DNA from: Octopus vulgaris
Taxonomy: Eukaryota
Assembly (NCBI GenBank): GCA_951406725.2
Contig: OX597831.1
Location: forward strand, 47,802,001-47,866,000
DNA: 64,000 nucleotides
Direction of reading: 5' to 3'
The stretch's first letter is position 1, and each line of letters begins with the position of its first letter. A program made the translations under genes and the position numbers. Of this stretch, positions 51,153-64,000 are shown one piece after another. The notes below the pieces were generated by a model that worked only from the letters and a program-made list of their open reading frames with translations, was not told the DNA's origin and searched no databases.

Positions 51153-51191
<39 letters not shown>

Positions 51192-51545
51192 TTAATGTCC
51201 GCTTGCCATGCTACCATGGGTTCGACGATTTGACTGAGGTCTGGCGATCCAGATGGCCACACCAGGCTCCAATCTGATCTGGCAGAGTTTCTACAGCTGG
51301 ATGCCCTTCCTAATGCCAACCACTCCGAGAGTGTAGTGGGTGCTTTTATGTACCACCGGCACGAGGGCCAGTCTGGTGGTACTGGCAACGGCCACGCTCA
51401 AATGGTGTTTTTTACGTGCCACCTGCACAGGAGTCAGTCCAGTGGCACTAGCAACGACCTCGCTTGAATGTTTTGTTCATGTGCCACTGGCACAAGTGCC
51501 AGTAAGGCAACCCTGGTAACGATCATGCTCAAATGGTGCTTTTTT
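51153..51545 (-). mobile_element. RTE-related SINE
   Basis: Matches 12157-12487 and 56350-56745. Confidence 0.85.
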
Positions 51546-51644
51546 CCATCTTCCCTTGTACTGGTTGTTGAGGCCCATAAAACTATCAGGGAGAAGGAAT
51601 CAAAGCCCTTACTCTCCCTCTGACTGAACTATAGAAATATAAAA

Positions 51645-51820
51645 TAAAATATTTCATTTTTGGATTTGGTTTGCAAGAGAGTCAAGACTACTGAAAAAGT
51701 TGCAAGAAGCAACGAAAATTTTAGGAAAATAAGAATAAGGAATAAGTGAAAATTTTACCGGTGAGTGTGTTAAATTATAAGGCACAAAAAAGAAATGACT
51801 CTCCCCAGACACAACAGAAT
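51645..51820 (+). mobile_element. PLE-associated repeat with inverted 5' piece and hammerhead motif (51688-51724)
   Basis: 51645-51677 is the reverse complement of the family's tcttgcaaaccaaatccaaaaatgaaata segment; the rest matches 33774-33912. Confidence 0.75.
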
Positions 51821-52503
51821 AAAATAAAATGTTTTGTTGCTTAACATATTGCTCCAGACTGAGTGGGTCTTGGGTTCAATTTGTATTTACAGCCATCAAG
51901 TTGTGCATCTGAATATGGCAGGTTACTTCCTCACACAACTCCATTCATGGCTTATTGCAGTTTGCCCAACAGTTTCTATACCTAATTTACGGCTGATTGA
52001 TTAAATAATAATAAGGGCAGGGGCAGCCATCCATAAAATAAACAATTGCTTCAACAATAATAATCAAAACGTACATGCAGCCACCCGCACTCCACCCACC
52101 TGCCCCACGCATCCAAACACTCTCGAATATATAACAAAGCCATCAGACACTAATACCCATTCCACTGTTTAACAACAAAAGGTATTCTTCCAACCAAATC
52201 AATAAACCTTTAAACACACCATTCGCAGATACACAAACACAAACTCCTGCACATACAGTTGCATACACACACATACAGGTGTATATATGCAGACACATTT
52301 AGTAGTAGGAACATAAGGAATAAGAAGCATTTGGGCGAAGTCGTCAAACAAGATTTATGTGAAGTGGTGAAAATATCCAGCTTACTAATCACTTAGTGTA
52401 TATAGCATTAGTGATTTCTGAAAGCTCTTGCCAATGCGGCAAACTGTATGTTATTTTTCTATGTGTGTAAATAAACAAGTGTGTAGATGTGATGTACATT
52501 CTG

Positions 52504-52570
<67 letters not shown>

Positions 52571-52805
52571 TGTATGTATGTATATTTTTTTTTACTTGTT
52601 TCAGTCATTTGACTGCAGCCATGCTGGAGCACCTCCTTAGAGTGTTCTAGTCCAACAAATTGATACCAGGACTTATTTCTTAAGCCTAGTACTTACTCTA
52701 TCAGTCTCTTTCCCTGAACTGCTAACACAGACAAACTCAGACCCAAAGACACTCACACACACACACACACACTCACACACACACACACGCACATGTATCT
52801 ATATA

Positions 52806-53234
52806 TATTATTAAGTTTGAAAATGGAGAGATTTAATGGATACAAATTAATTTATTAATTGATTAACATCTTCACCTACAATTGTTTCATTTCTCATCCA
52901 ATTTATTATACAAAGCATATAGTAATATACAATCTTGCAAGATTATATATTTATATATGTTTTTGTTATATCGCACGTTCAGATGGCGTACCTTTGCTGA
53001 TGACATACCTCTACTCAACTACCAAACTCTCACTTCCGACGACTCGACTCAACAGAGCTCAATGTCTAGTTATCACATCCACTATTTATACATATTGGAT
53101 TAGCCTACTTATCCATACAACAGTTTTGTAGTTTAAATCAGATGCAAAACAAAACAATTGTAGGTGATGATGTTAAACAATTGATAAATTAATTTGTATC
53201 CATTAGATCTCTCTGTTTTCAAAACTTAATAATA
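52806..53234. mobile_element. Fold-back element with about 110-bp diverged inverted arms next to (TA)n
   Basis: Arms at 52806-52915 and 53125-53234; each has a hammerhead 3' half, (G)AAACAATTGTA-ggtg. Confidence 0.75.
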
Positions 53235-53614
53235 ATATTTGATATTTTATGATATTTTATATAATATATTCATTGAAGAAATATCTCTGCAAAATACAAT
53301 GTATTAAACCAGTGAGGTGTCGAGCTGGCAGAAACTTTAGAATGCTGGGCAAAATACTTTATGGTATTTCGTTTCTGTTTACATTTTTTTGAGTTCAAAT
53401 TCCACCAAGGTTGATTTTGCCCTTCATCCTGTCGGGGTTCATAGATTAAGTACCAGTTACTCACAGATGGTGCTCAACTGACCCTACTATACTGTGTAGC
53501 TGACAAAATCAAAAGCAAGCAATGTGCATGTGCAAAATTAAAAATATAAAATGGCAACAGTTTACCAGTCACACCCTGTATATAAATATATATCTTTATT
53601 TTTTATTTGTTTAT

Positions 53615-54222
53615 CTTTTACTTGTTTCAATCCTTAGACTGCTGCCATGCTGGGGCATTACTTTGAATTTTTAGTCAAATGAATTGACCCCAGTATTTCT
53701 TTTTAAAGCCCGGTACTTTTTTCTATTGATGTCTTTAGCCAAACTGTTAAGTTACAGGGATGTAAACACACCAACACTGGTTGTCAAGCAGTGGTGGCAG
53801 GGGGGAGCATACTCAGACACAAAGACACACATAGATATACATACATACATGCATACATGAATGTATGCATACATGAATGCATGCATTCTCACGTGCATAC
53901 ATGCATCTGTGTATATGTGCATATGTATGTACATGCGCATTTACATACATACATACATACATACATTACATACATACAAACATGCATACATACATACACA
54001 CACATACATATATACATATACACACACATATACATACATATACACACACACATATACATACATACATACATACATATATAACTGTCTACAAAATCCACTC
54101 GCAAGGCTTTGGTTGGCCTGAGGCTATTTTAGAAGACACTTGCCCAAGGTGCCATGCAGTGGGACTGAACCCGGAATCATGTGGTTGGGAGACAAGCTTC
54201 TTACCACACAGTTATGCCTGCA
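53615..54222 (-). mobile_element. tRNA-derived SINE, family A, with expanded internal microsatellite
   Basis: Tail half at 53615-53830 and head half at 54083-54222 flank about 250 bp of (CATA)/(CA) repeats. Confidence 0.85.
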
Positions 54223-55351
54223 CTGTATACATATGTATGTGTGTGTGTGTGTGTGTGTGTCTGTGTGAGTAATTGAGTGTGTGTATAAGACTCTCTCATT
54301 GAGAACAACATGAGTGCCAAATCTACTCACAGGCTTTGATCAGCCTTGTAGAAAGCTATAATAGATTAGTGCTATCATAGAAATCACTTACCCCACATGA
54401 CATGCAGTGGGACTGAACCTGAAACCACATAGCTGGGAGCTAAATATCTGAACCTCACAACTGTGTATGTGCTTATTACTAGAGCACAGTAATTTTTTGG
54501 GCTGATCCTGTAGCCTGTAACTTTGGAGTCACCCTGATATATGCTGAATTCCTTCAGTAATTGACAGTTAAATCTTATATACATGTTTTGCATATTGAAC
54601 ACTCTATTTGCATGAATATGAAAATAATGGCTCTATATATATGATTCTGTCACTTCTATGTATGTTTAAATAGATATATTTATGTTTGTATGGATATAAG
54701 AATGCATATATATATATATGCATATATGCATTCATATATCCCTACAAACATATATATCATTATATATATGCATATACGTATACATATACATACATATATA
54801 TCATCATATATATATATTGAGATGTGCATATTTGGATACATATTTGGAAGTTTGAATACACATGCTTGTATAGTCATATGTATGATTGCACAGATGAATG
54901 TATGGAAATATGCATGTATGCTAAGTTTCTTTCATTTAATTCTTTGACTTCCTCCTATAGAGAAGAAGCTGATTTATAATAAAGAAACAAAGCACCATGG
55001 TTGCTAGAATTTAGACAATAACCATGGGAAAGGTTTACATGCTAAAGTTTGTAAAAGCCTTGCATAATTTCACTCTTCTGTATAGAGATTGTATTTGCGA
55101 AGTACATGATAATTGGTCTTGGTCATTTTTGTTGCCTAAATCCCACCGGCTGATTTTTTTTAATGTTACCATCTAGACATTTAGGAAACTACACAAGTAT
55201 TCCATTAAATATAGGTACAAATGTAAAATATTATTTTAGTAGGAAAGCTATAAGTTTAGAGCAGTTGCTTGTTAATTTTCTCTTTCTCACAGATTTTGAA
55301 TGATGTGTGGATATGTGTGTGTAATGTGTGTGTGTGTGTGTGTGTTTGTAT

Positions 55352-55750
55352 TTATTTCTGTATTGCCCACTGGGGGCTAAACATAGAGGGGACAAACAAG
55401 GACAGCCAAAGAGATCAAGTCGATTACATCGACCCCCTCCCCTCTCCAGTGCAAACTGGTACTTATTTAATTGACCCCGAAAGGATGAAAAGCAAAGTTG
55501 ACCTCGGCAGAATTTGAACTCAGAATGTAACAGCAGACAAAATTCCTTTCTACTCTAGGCACAAGGCCCGAGAATTTGGGGCAGGGGGCTAGTCGATTAG
55601 AACGACCCAGTATGCAACTGTTACTTAATTTATCGACCCCTGAAAGGATGAAAGACAATGTCGACCTCGGCAGAATTTTAACTTAGAACGTAAGGACAGA
55701 CGAAATACTTCTAAGCATTTTGCCCAGCATGCTAACGATTCTGCTAGCTC
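55352..55750 (-). mobile_element. Two tandem family B SINE units
   Basis: gacccc..gaaaggatgaaa..gacctcggcagaattt occurs at 55473 and 55634. Confidence 0.85.
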
Positions 55751-55845
55751 ATGTGTGTGTTTATATTAGATTATTAATCATATGGTATACACCTGGAATT
55801 TTAATGGCAAAACACATTCACTTTCACAGTGTTTGTTGGATACTT

Positions 55846-56260
55846 GATTAATGAGGGAGAGAGAAGATGGAAGATACGAGAGTGATTATTGATCATTACA
55901 ATTGTTTCAATCCATCTAGCATTGATCCCTTATGGGTGGGATATTGAACGACTGGTTTAGGAGTATCTGTTGGTATAGATGCGTCTCCTCAGGTGATTAC
56001 CAAATGTATCTCATTAAAATAACATCTGCTCTACAAGATTTCTTCTCGGTATGTGTATACAAAAACAGCAAATTAAGGGATACAGCTTCATTATTATAGA
56101 AGATCAATAATAAATATCAGATGCAAAAACAAACACATACAACAACAACAATTGCTGTTCAGTATCTCACCCATGAGGGATCAATGCCAGATGGGTCGAA
56201 ACAATTGTAGTGATCAATAACCATTCTCATATCTTCCATCTTCTGTCTCTTTCAGTAATC
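55846..56260 (-). mobile_element. PLE-type fold-back element with about 104-bp inverted arms
   Basis: 55846-55949 pairs with 56157-56260; the right end abuts (TA)n. Confidence 0.8.
55892..55997 (-). ncRNA. Type I hammerhead motif (CUGAGGA core, long stem II)
   Basis: Minus strand ATCAC CTGAGGA gacgcatcta...tagatggatt GAAA CAATT GTA ATGAT; the other arm keeps the better-pairing gatgggtcGAAACAATTGTAgtgat. Confidence 0.72.
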
Positions 56261-56349
56261 ATATATATATATATACACAAATACATATATGCATACATAC
56301 ATATTTATATATAGGCAAGTGAAGTCAAAATTAAAATCAAATTTGTTGA

Positions 56350-56745
56350 TTGGTATCCATGCTAGTGGAGCGCTAAGAGCACCATCCAAGCGTGGTCATT
56401 ACCAGCGTCGCCTTACTCACACTTGCGCCAATGGCACGTGAAAAACATTTGAGCGAGGTCATTGCCAGTGCTGCTGTACTGCCTCCTGTGCAGGTGGCAT
56501 GTAAAAAATACCATTTGAGCATGGCCGTTGCCAGTACTGCCTGACTGGCCCTCATGCTGGTGGCAGGTAAGAGCACCCACTACATTCTCGGAGTGGTTGG
56601 CATTAGGAAGGGCATCCAGCTGTCGAAACTTTGCCAGATCATATTGGAGCCTGGTGCAGCCATCTGGTTCGCCAGTCCTCAATCAAATCGTCCAACCCAT
56701 GCTAGCATGGAAAGCAGGTGTTAAACGATGATGATGATGATGATA
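56350..56745 (+). mobile_element. RTE-related SINE
   Basis: cacccactacattctcggagtggttggcattaggaagggcatccagctg...(GAT)n. Confidence 0.85.
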
Positions 56746-56766
56746 TATATATATATATATATATAA

Positions 56767-56925
56767 AATACAAAATGGGACAAGAACGCAAAACATCTAG
56801 ACCATTAGGTGATACAAAAATGGAACAACAAAACATCTTTGTATCGTTTATCTGGATGTTCTGTTGTCCCTTTTATGTATCACCTAACTGTCTGGATGTT
56901 TTGCATTCTTGTCCCATTTTGTATT
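56767..56925. repeat. About 160-bp palindromic element in (TA)n
   Basis: aatacaaaatgggacaagaacgcaaaacatc pairs with gatgttttgcattcttgtcccattttgtatt. Confidence 0.85.
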
Positions 56926-57075
56926 ATATATATATATATATATATTTGAAAACCCCACTAGAATGGGAGAAAGCGCTAATGATCTAAATGATATGATATA
57001 TATGTAAAAAATGTAATATATAAATAAATATCTGTAAATATAAACCATCCGATCTTCTGATTACCTCATTTCTTC

Positions 57076-57115
<40 letters not shown>

Positions 57116-57145
57116 CGTACATACACTTTGGTCTCTGATATGTAA

Positions 57146-57183
<38 letters not shown>

Positions 57184-57556
57184 CATAAGGGGCATCAGCC
57201 ATCTGAATGTGGCTAGGGACAGGGCAGGGTGGTGGGGGTGTTACTGATGCATTTAGCCCCAGGCGATCATCAACGTCACCAGGAGGGCTGACACCATCTC
57301 GGTGTCCTCTAGCCTGCTGTAGTCAAGAAAACCCGCCTATCACAACAAAATTGAGATCCTAAAACCAAGTTCCCACATAATAAGCATCAGTGTGGGTGTT
57401 GCTGCCATGTAAAAAGCACCCAGTATGCTCTGTAAAGTGGTTGGTATTTGAAAGGCCATCCAGCTGTAGAAACCAACTCAATACAGACTATGGCGTCTGG
57501 TGCAGCCAGTTCTTGTCAATCTATTAACCCATGCCTGCATGGAAAACGTATGTTAA

Positions 57557-57595
<39 letters not shown>

Positions 57596-58101
57596 TGTTT
57601 GTGTGTGTGACTGTGTGTATGTGTGTGTTGTTGTTGCTGGTTGTGTGCACATATATCTACAGCTAAGATATCAAATTTGGTAAACCATGAAATTAAGCAA
57701 ATGAAAATATAATCTCCTTGCATAACTGCCTCTTCAAACAAGCTTCTTTCTCAAGAGAGTGTTCTCAGTAAAAGTACACGTTAAGTTCTGAGACTTAACT
57801 TTATAGAAAAACTGAGAATTTTTATCAGATAGAATATATATCAGTTGGAATTTTGCCATGTGTCAAAGATGCAGTGAAATAAAATTCTGATAAGAGGAGG
57901 GTAAGCAGCAGCGTTTATTCCCATCAGAGCCAGATTGGTGCTAGTCATATTAGTGTTAACATATTTAACATGTTCAGCATTTATAAGTCAACTAGAAATA
58001 AATAAGAGGTTAGATAAGAAAAAGAAAAAAGAATCGATATTTGTCAATGACTAAATTTTATATTTGTTGTAAGGTGTAAAGCACCACTTCTGAACATGTC
58101 A

Positions 58102-58512
58102 TTTACTTGTTTCAGTCATTTGACTGTGGCCATGCTGGAGCACTGCCTTTAGTCGAGCAAATCGACCCCAGGACTTATTCTTTGTAAGCCTAGTACTTAT
58201 TCTATCAGTCTCTTTTGCCGAACCGCTAAATTACGGGGATGTAAACACACCAGCATCGGTTGTCAAGCGATGTTGGGGGGGGGGGGATAAACACAACACA
58301 CAAACATACACACATATATATATATACAAACATACACACATATATATATATATATATACGTAATATATACATATATACGACGGGCTTCTTTCAGTTTCCA
58401 TCTACCAAATCCACTCAGTTTCCATCTACCAAATCCACTCACAAGGTGCCATGCAGTGGGACTGAACCCAGAGCCATGTGGTTCGTAAGCAAGCTACTTA
58501 CCACACAGCCAC
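58102..58512 (-). mobile_element. tRNA-derived SINE, family A, with internal 25-bp duplication
   Basis: cagtttccatctaccaaatccactc occurs twice at 58392-58440. Confidence 0.88.
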
Positions 58513-58718
58513 AGTGTTATTTTCATCTCATCAGTGAAACATATCCTTCTCCTTTCTTGCTATGAAGTTGTGATTATAAAGATTCACTAAATGAATGTAC
58601 AGAGTTCTGTATTTGTAGGCGTAGGATTTGGTAGACGGAAACTGAAAGAAGTTTATCTTTTAGTCAGGAGGAAAGGAAGTATCTATGATCTTTCACTGGG
58701 TCTCTGAAACTTGTGGAG

Positions 58719-58873
<155 letters not shown>

Positions 58874-59189
58874 TAAAGTAAACTTAAACTAGAAATATGG
58901 CCAAAATCCTTGCTGCACAGGGGCTTCTGTGGAATGTGCTTTAAGCATGAAGCAGTGGTATTAAACCAAATAATGAATTGCCATGTTTAATTGTGTGTAA
59001 GTTGCACTCCTTTGAACTCATGTATAAGCTGTACCTCTAATTTAGTGTTAAATCTTGGTACAAAACTTTTCTCCCTTCATATCCAAATTTGATATCAGAT
59101 TTTCCCTATGTATACATCTCTTCACAGTTCTTTTTTTTTTGTTGTTTCTTTATTTAAAATCAAATATGTAAATGATAGTGACAATCTGT

Positions 59190-59500
59190 TGGTCATGACG
59201 ACAAGGGTTCCAGCTGATCTGATCCATGGAGCAACCTGCTCATGAAATTAAATGTGAATGTGGCTGAGCACTCCACAGACACACGTACCCTTGATGTAGT
59301 TCACAGGGAGATTCAGTGTGACACAGAATGTGACAAAGCAGGCCCTCCAAAATACAGGTACTACTCATTTTTGCCAGCTGAGTGGACTGGAGCACTGGGA
59401 AATAAAGTGTCTTGCTCAAAGACACAACACACCACCAGGAATCGAACTCACAACCTTATGATTGTAAGTTGACTACCCTAACCACCAAGCCATGAGCCTT
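59190..59500 (-). mobile_element. tRNA-derived SINE with a family D-like head and a different body
   Basis: Minus strand tggcttggtggttagg...gagttcgattcc...ttgagcaagacactttatttc. Confidence 0.75.
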
Positions 59501-60400
59501 CACTAGTGGAACTTATACATGAGTAAAAATGGTAAAACTACCACTGAAGTTGGCCAAGGTAGAATTTGAACTCATGACAAAGAGAACTGAGACAAATAAC
59601 ATGTTGTATTTTTGAATCTCTAATGACTCTGCTAATTTGCTGCTTATAGATTTTTAAGCCCTCAGTCACTACTTCTCCCTTCTTGGAAAAAAAGGACATT
59701 GAGTATTGTCCTCTATGATCAACTCTTTTCAGTGTAAATCATAACTAACTCAAACATATGAGTGTGTGTGTGTGTGCATTTGTGTGTGTGTGTGTGTGTG
59801 TGCATTTGTGTATGTGTGTGTGTTCTAAATATTCAAAATAAATGCATAAAAAAATCAATCTATAATAATAAATATTGCAAAAAACATTGAGAAATAACAT
59901 TATTTTAAAAGGCTTTCTTAAAAGAAAATTTATGTAATATCACAAATATAAATCATCATCATCTTCATCATCACCAACATTTTACATCTGCTTCCTATGC
60001 AGGCATAGAGATCAAATAATTCAAAGATACCATCTGCATACAGAATTAACTTGAAAAATGTCAAATTCAACAGCAACTACGCCAGCTTCTCCAATATAAA
60101 GCCATCTGCAAAAGGGATGAGTACTGCCTCTCTTTTTCAAATAACATAATAATTTAAACCAATAAAAGGAAAACTTATGAAACTCTCTTTGACTAAAAAG
60201 CTGAAAGTAGATGTCAGCTGAGTTCGAGAATTAGTAATAGTTACTATATGACAGAGAATTTTACTGCTAATACATCTCCTACAGTCTGGAGTCAAAAAAC
60301 CAATATTGTAGATGTAGGTAACTCTGCTAACCATATCTTACAATCTTAGCCATGTGTCTGGAAAGGTAACTCTGCTAACCATATCTTACAATCTTAGCCA

Positions 60401-60965
60401 GGTTGTCTGGAAAGTTCTTGCTGATTTTTAAAGGAAAGAAAAAGGTCAATAAATACTTACCATTACATTTTTAATCAACCAAATATGAACCATTTTGTTG
60501 CACAATGCGTCTCCATCTTTCCTTTAACTTGAAAATACCCTCTTCCCAGAACTGAGGTGGTTTCATGGCAAAGAATTCGTCAAGGTATCTTTTTACATCA
60601 TACAAGGAATTGAAATTTTTACCATTAAGACTATTCTGCAGAGACCTGAATAAGTGGAGACATGAAGGAGCAATATCTGGTGAATATGGAGGGTGGGGTA
60701 ACACATCCCAGCTGAGCTGCAGTAATTTTTGTCTGGTTCCCAAAGCATCAAGTGTCGAAAATGAACTTTCTTATCTTCTATTTTAAAGGGTTACAGAATT
60801 AACACAAGTTATAGGAACATAAACCCTCTTCCATGAAAAGATAGCTTAAACTCTGCTCTAAATGGAGATGTAGTCAAATCCTATTTTATGGACTTAACCA
60901 TGTTCTAAAATAAGTTGAAAGGTAAGCTACTATAAATCAGCACGAACTTTCTGGACAACCGAATA
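60401..60965 (-). mobile_element. Internally deleted mariner, second copy of 5508-6070
   Basis: Same TIRs and deletion junction; ORF 60471-60743 reads WDVLPHPPYSPDIAPS. Confidence 0.92.
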
Positions 60966-61199
60966 GTTAAAGACCTCACTGAATTAAGTCAAATCTAATA
61001 AGACTACTTCAAAAGAAAAATTATTAAATATGCAAACTTAAAACACAATAATAAAAATTGAAGTTATACATACAAATGTAAACAAACCTTTTAATGTCTC
61101 CCATCGTTTAACCATGTTTTGATAACAGACATACATTCCCATCCTCTCCTAATCTTTTTTTCTTCCTTGCCATCTTGACTAAGGACAAATTGCCCAAAA

Positions 61200-61416
61200 T
61201 ATTCTTTTCTACTCAAGGCACAAGGCCTGAAATTTTTGGTGAGTGGGGCAGTCAATTAGGTCGACCCCAGTATGCAACTGGTGCTTAATTTATCAATCCC
61301 GAAACGATGAAAAGCAAAGTTGACTTTGGCGGAATCTGAACTCAAAACATAAAGACAGATGAAATATTGTTAAGCATTTTACCTGGCATGCTAACATTTC
61401 TGCCAGCTCACCGCCT
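61200..61416 (-). mobile_element. SINE, family B
   Basis: Matches 17474-17692. Confidence 0.85.
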
Positions 61417-61921
61417 TAAATTGCTCAAAATATTGATGTCTCCTCTTTGATGGTTTTTGCCTAAAAATGCTTATGATTCGCCCTCTCACCATTGATTCCA
61501 AGGGTATTACATACTATCCACAAAAGTGGTTAACAGTTATGACGTGAATGGTGAGCAATAAATTTATTTTGAATTTAATAACATCTACTACCTTTATTAC
61601 TAAAGAACAAAAAGTTGAGTGAAGTAATAAGTGTTCAAACACTTTAGGTGGATAATTGGGAACAACTGGTTAAGGAACACAGCCATAGATATGCTAAGTC
61701 TGGAAACAAGAAAATGACCAAAACTAAAGTTTGAACTGAACAATATACAGCAATGTGTTATGTCTAAGGACATAACTCAGTAGCTGTAAGTATGATTTGG
61801 GCTTATGTTCTCATCAGTAGTCTAAGTCTCTATCAGGATAAGATTAAGACCCATGGAGATTCAAACACTTAAAAAATTTTAGTGACTCCATATATATTTA
61901 GGTGAAGGAGTTGCTGTGTGG

Positions 61922-62092
61922 AGGCACAGGAATGGCTGTGTGGTAAGTAGCTTGCTTACCAACCACATGGTTCTGGATTCAGTCCCACTGCGTGACACCT
62001 TGGGCAAGTGTCTTCTATAACCTCGAGCTGACCAAAGCCTTGTGAGTGGATTTGGTAGATGGAAGCTGGAAGAAGCCCATCGTATATATGTG

Positions 62093-62135
<43 letters not shown>

Positions 62136-62345
62136 TTGTGTGTCTGTGTTTGTCCCCTCAATATCGCTTGACAACTAATGCTGGTGTGTTTACGTTCCTG
62201 TAACTTAGCGGTTCAGTGAAAGAAACCAATAGAATAAGTACTAGGCTTACAAAGAATAAGTTGTGGGGTCGATTTGCTCAACTAAAGGCGGTGCTCCAGC
62301 ATGGCCACAGTCAAATGACTGAAACAAGTAAAAGAAAGAAAGAGT
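61922..62345 (+). mobile_element. tRNA-derived SINE, family A
   Basis: Matches 8779-9193. Confidence 0.9.
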
Positions 62346-62358
62346 ATATATATACACA

Positions 62359-62359
<1 letters not shown>

Positions 62360-62392
<33 letters not shown>

Positions 62393-62784
62393 TTTTAATG
62401 TCCACTTTTCCAAGCTTTCATGGAGAAGTGGACAGAGTTTATTGAGGCTGAGTTTCTTTTGAGAGATACCTTTCCTGTCTTCAAACCACACCTGTTTTGT
62501 AAGCAAGGTAATATTTCCCCATGGCCATGACATATTTTCACAGAATATTGGAAAATGAATGACACTGCTTGTATGACAGTGACACTCATTTACGACAATC
62601 GCACTATTTAAAGACAAGGTGATGCATCCCACCCTGCATATACAATGGGCTTCTTTCAGTTTCCATCTACCAAATCCTCTCAAAAGACTTGGCTTGGCAC
62701 AGACTCTAGCTGGAGATGCTAACCGAAAGTGTCACACAGTGAGACTGAACCCAGAAGCATGTGGTTGGGAAGCAAACTCTTAAA

Positions 62785-62790
<6 letters not shown>
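62360..62790 (-). mobile_element. RTE-related SINE 3' part joined to a family A head
   Basis: (CAT)n tail, aaggtaatatttccccatgg block (also at 5250), then cttctttcagtttccatctacc...gactgaacccagaa. Confidence 0.65.
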
Positions 62791-62821
<31 letters not shown>

Positions 62822-64000
62822 TACACACACACCCACCCACGCAGACACAAACACAGACACACACAGACGCACATATGAAGAAAGAGAGAGAGAGAAGAAA
62901 AATGAGAGAGGGAGAAATAGTGGGAGAAAGTGAGAGAAAGACAGAGAGAAGAAAGAGAAGGAGAAAGAGAGAAGAAAGAGAGGGAAGGAAAGAGAGAAGG
63001 AGAGAGAGGGAAGGAAAGAGAGAAGGAGAGAGGAGAGAGAGAGAGAGAGAGACAGACAAACACACAGACAGACAGAGCAAGAGAAAGGCAGCGAAAGAGA
63101 TCTGTTTAAACAAAAACACAAATTAATAATCCATTTTACTTCTGAACTTTTTATTTTCCATATTCTTTGAAATGTTCTTTCTGAATTCTTGGGCAAAAAG
63201 AACTAATAATGTTCTTCCTACCCAAACCCCACACATACAACTTAAATAATTTTCTTCCATATGTATAGCAGATTATCTTGATTGGATTATGTTATGGATG
63301 ATAAAAACTAGAATTTATTTTGATTAGAATGGGCTTAGTATGTAAAGAAAGCTGCAGTATTGAGTTATTTTTTATCTACATGCATCATACCACCGTGTGT
63401 TTTCTTGTGTGCAACACATGCAGGTATGCATGTGTGTGGAAATGCATGGCTTCATATGTCTATGCATGCATATGCATGCATTAGTATGTGTATGTATATG
63501 CAGTTGTGTGCATATTTGTATATGGAAATAGGCATAATTTATTGAAAATATTCTTAGTCATATATAAGCAAATTGTGTATAATATTCTTTGAAAAGTAAT
63601 ATATTAGCCATAAAAAGCCCCAGTTATTCCAGTTCAATGTTCATTTAGGGAAATAGCAGTTTAAACACCCAATAATACTTTACAGGCTATGAGATGAATA
63701 TTCTTTTTCTACAATCTTTAGGATTATGAAATGTAATTAATGAATTTTAGTGGGTTTTTTTTAAATATGCTAGTTTTTCATGGTTGTTTGCATACTATAT
63801 GACATATCTATTAAGTGTATTCCTCAGTACAACTTTGGCAAATATGATAAACCACAAATATATTCAATGGGCTTCTATCAGTTTCTCTGAAACAATTCCA
63901 CTATTAAGGTATTGATTGGTCTTGTGCTATTGAAAACACTTGCCTAAACCCAGAATCACGTTCCTAGGAAGCAAACTTCTTTCTGTGTGTGTGTGTGTGC

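Noticed and set aside
60471-60743. Mariner ORF as a domesticated SETMAR-like gene
   Set aside because: Only the C-terminal fragment lies inside TIRs, it is present in two dispersed copies, and there is no SET domain.

Overview
This is eukaryotic, AT-rich DNA saturated with microsatellites. I could not recognise any intact host protein-coding gene, and nearly all ORFs in the track are translations of (TA)n, (CA)n, (ATGT)n or (CAT)n repeats or of SINEs. The repeat content suggests a cephalopod (octopus-like) intron or intergenic region; this is inference only. The window holds dozens of SINE copies (at least four tRNA-headed families plus an RTE-related family), mariner/pogo/piggyBac/hAT non-autonomous DNA transposons, Helitron pieces, decayed LINE fragments, a 5S-rRNA-headed element and a decayed Penelope-like (PLE) RT+GIY-YIG element resembling the Naiad clade. 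The strongest signal is a set of short non-coding fold-back elements, mostly next to (TA)n tracts. About ten loci carry minimal type I hammerhead ribozyme folds from several unrelated families. Four of these families share a non-canonical CCGANGA core (U4C) and one has a compensatory U3-A8 core. In the best-preserved copies the inverted repeat puts a complete hammerhead on both strands. All alignments and folds were done by eye.
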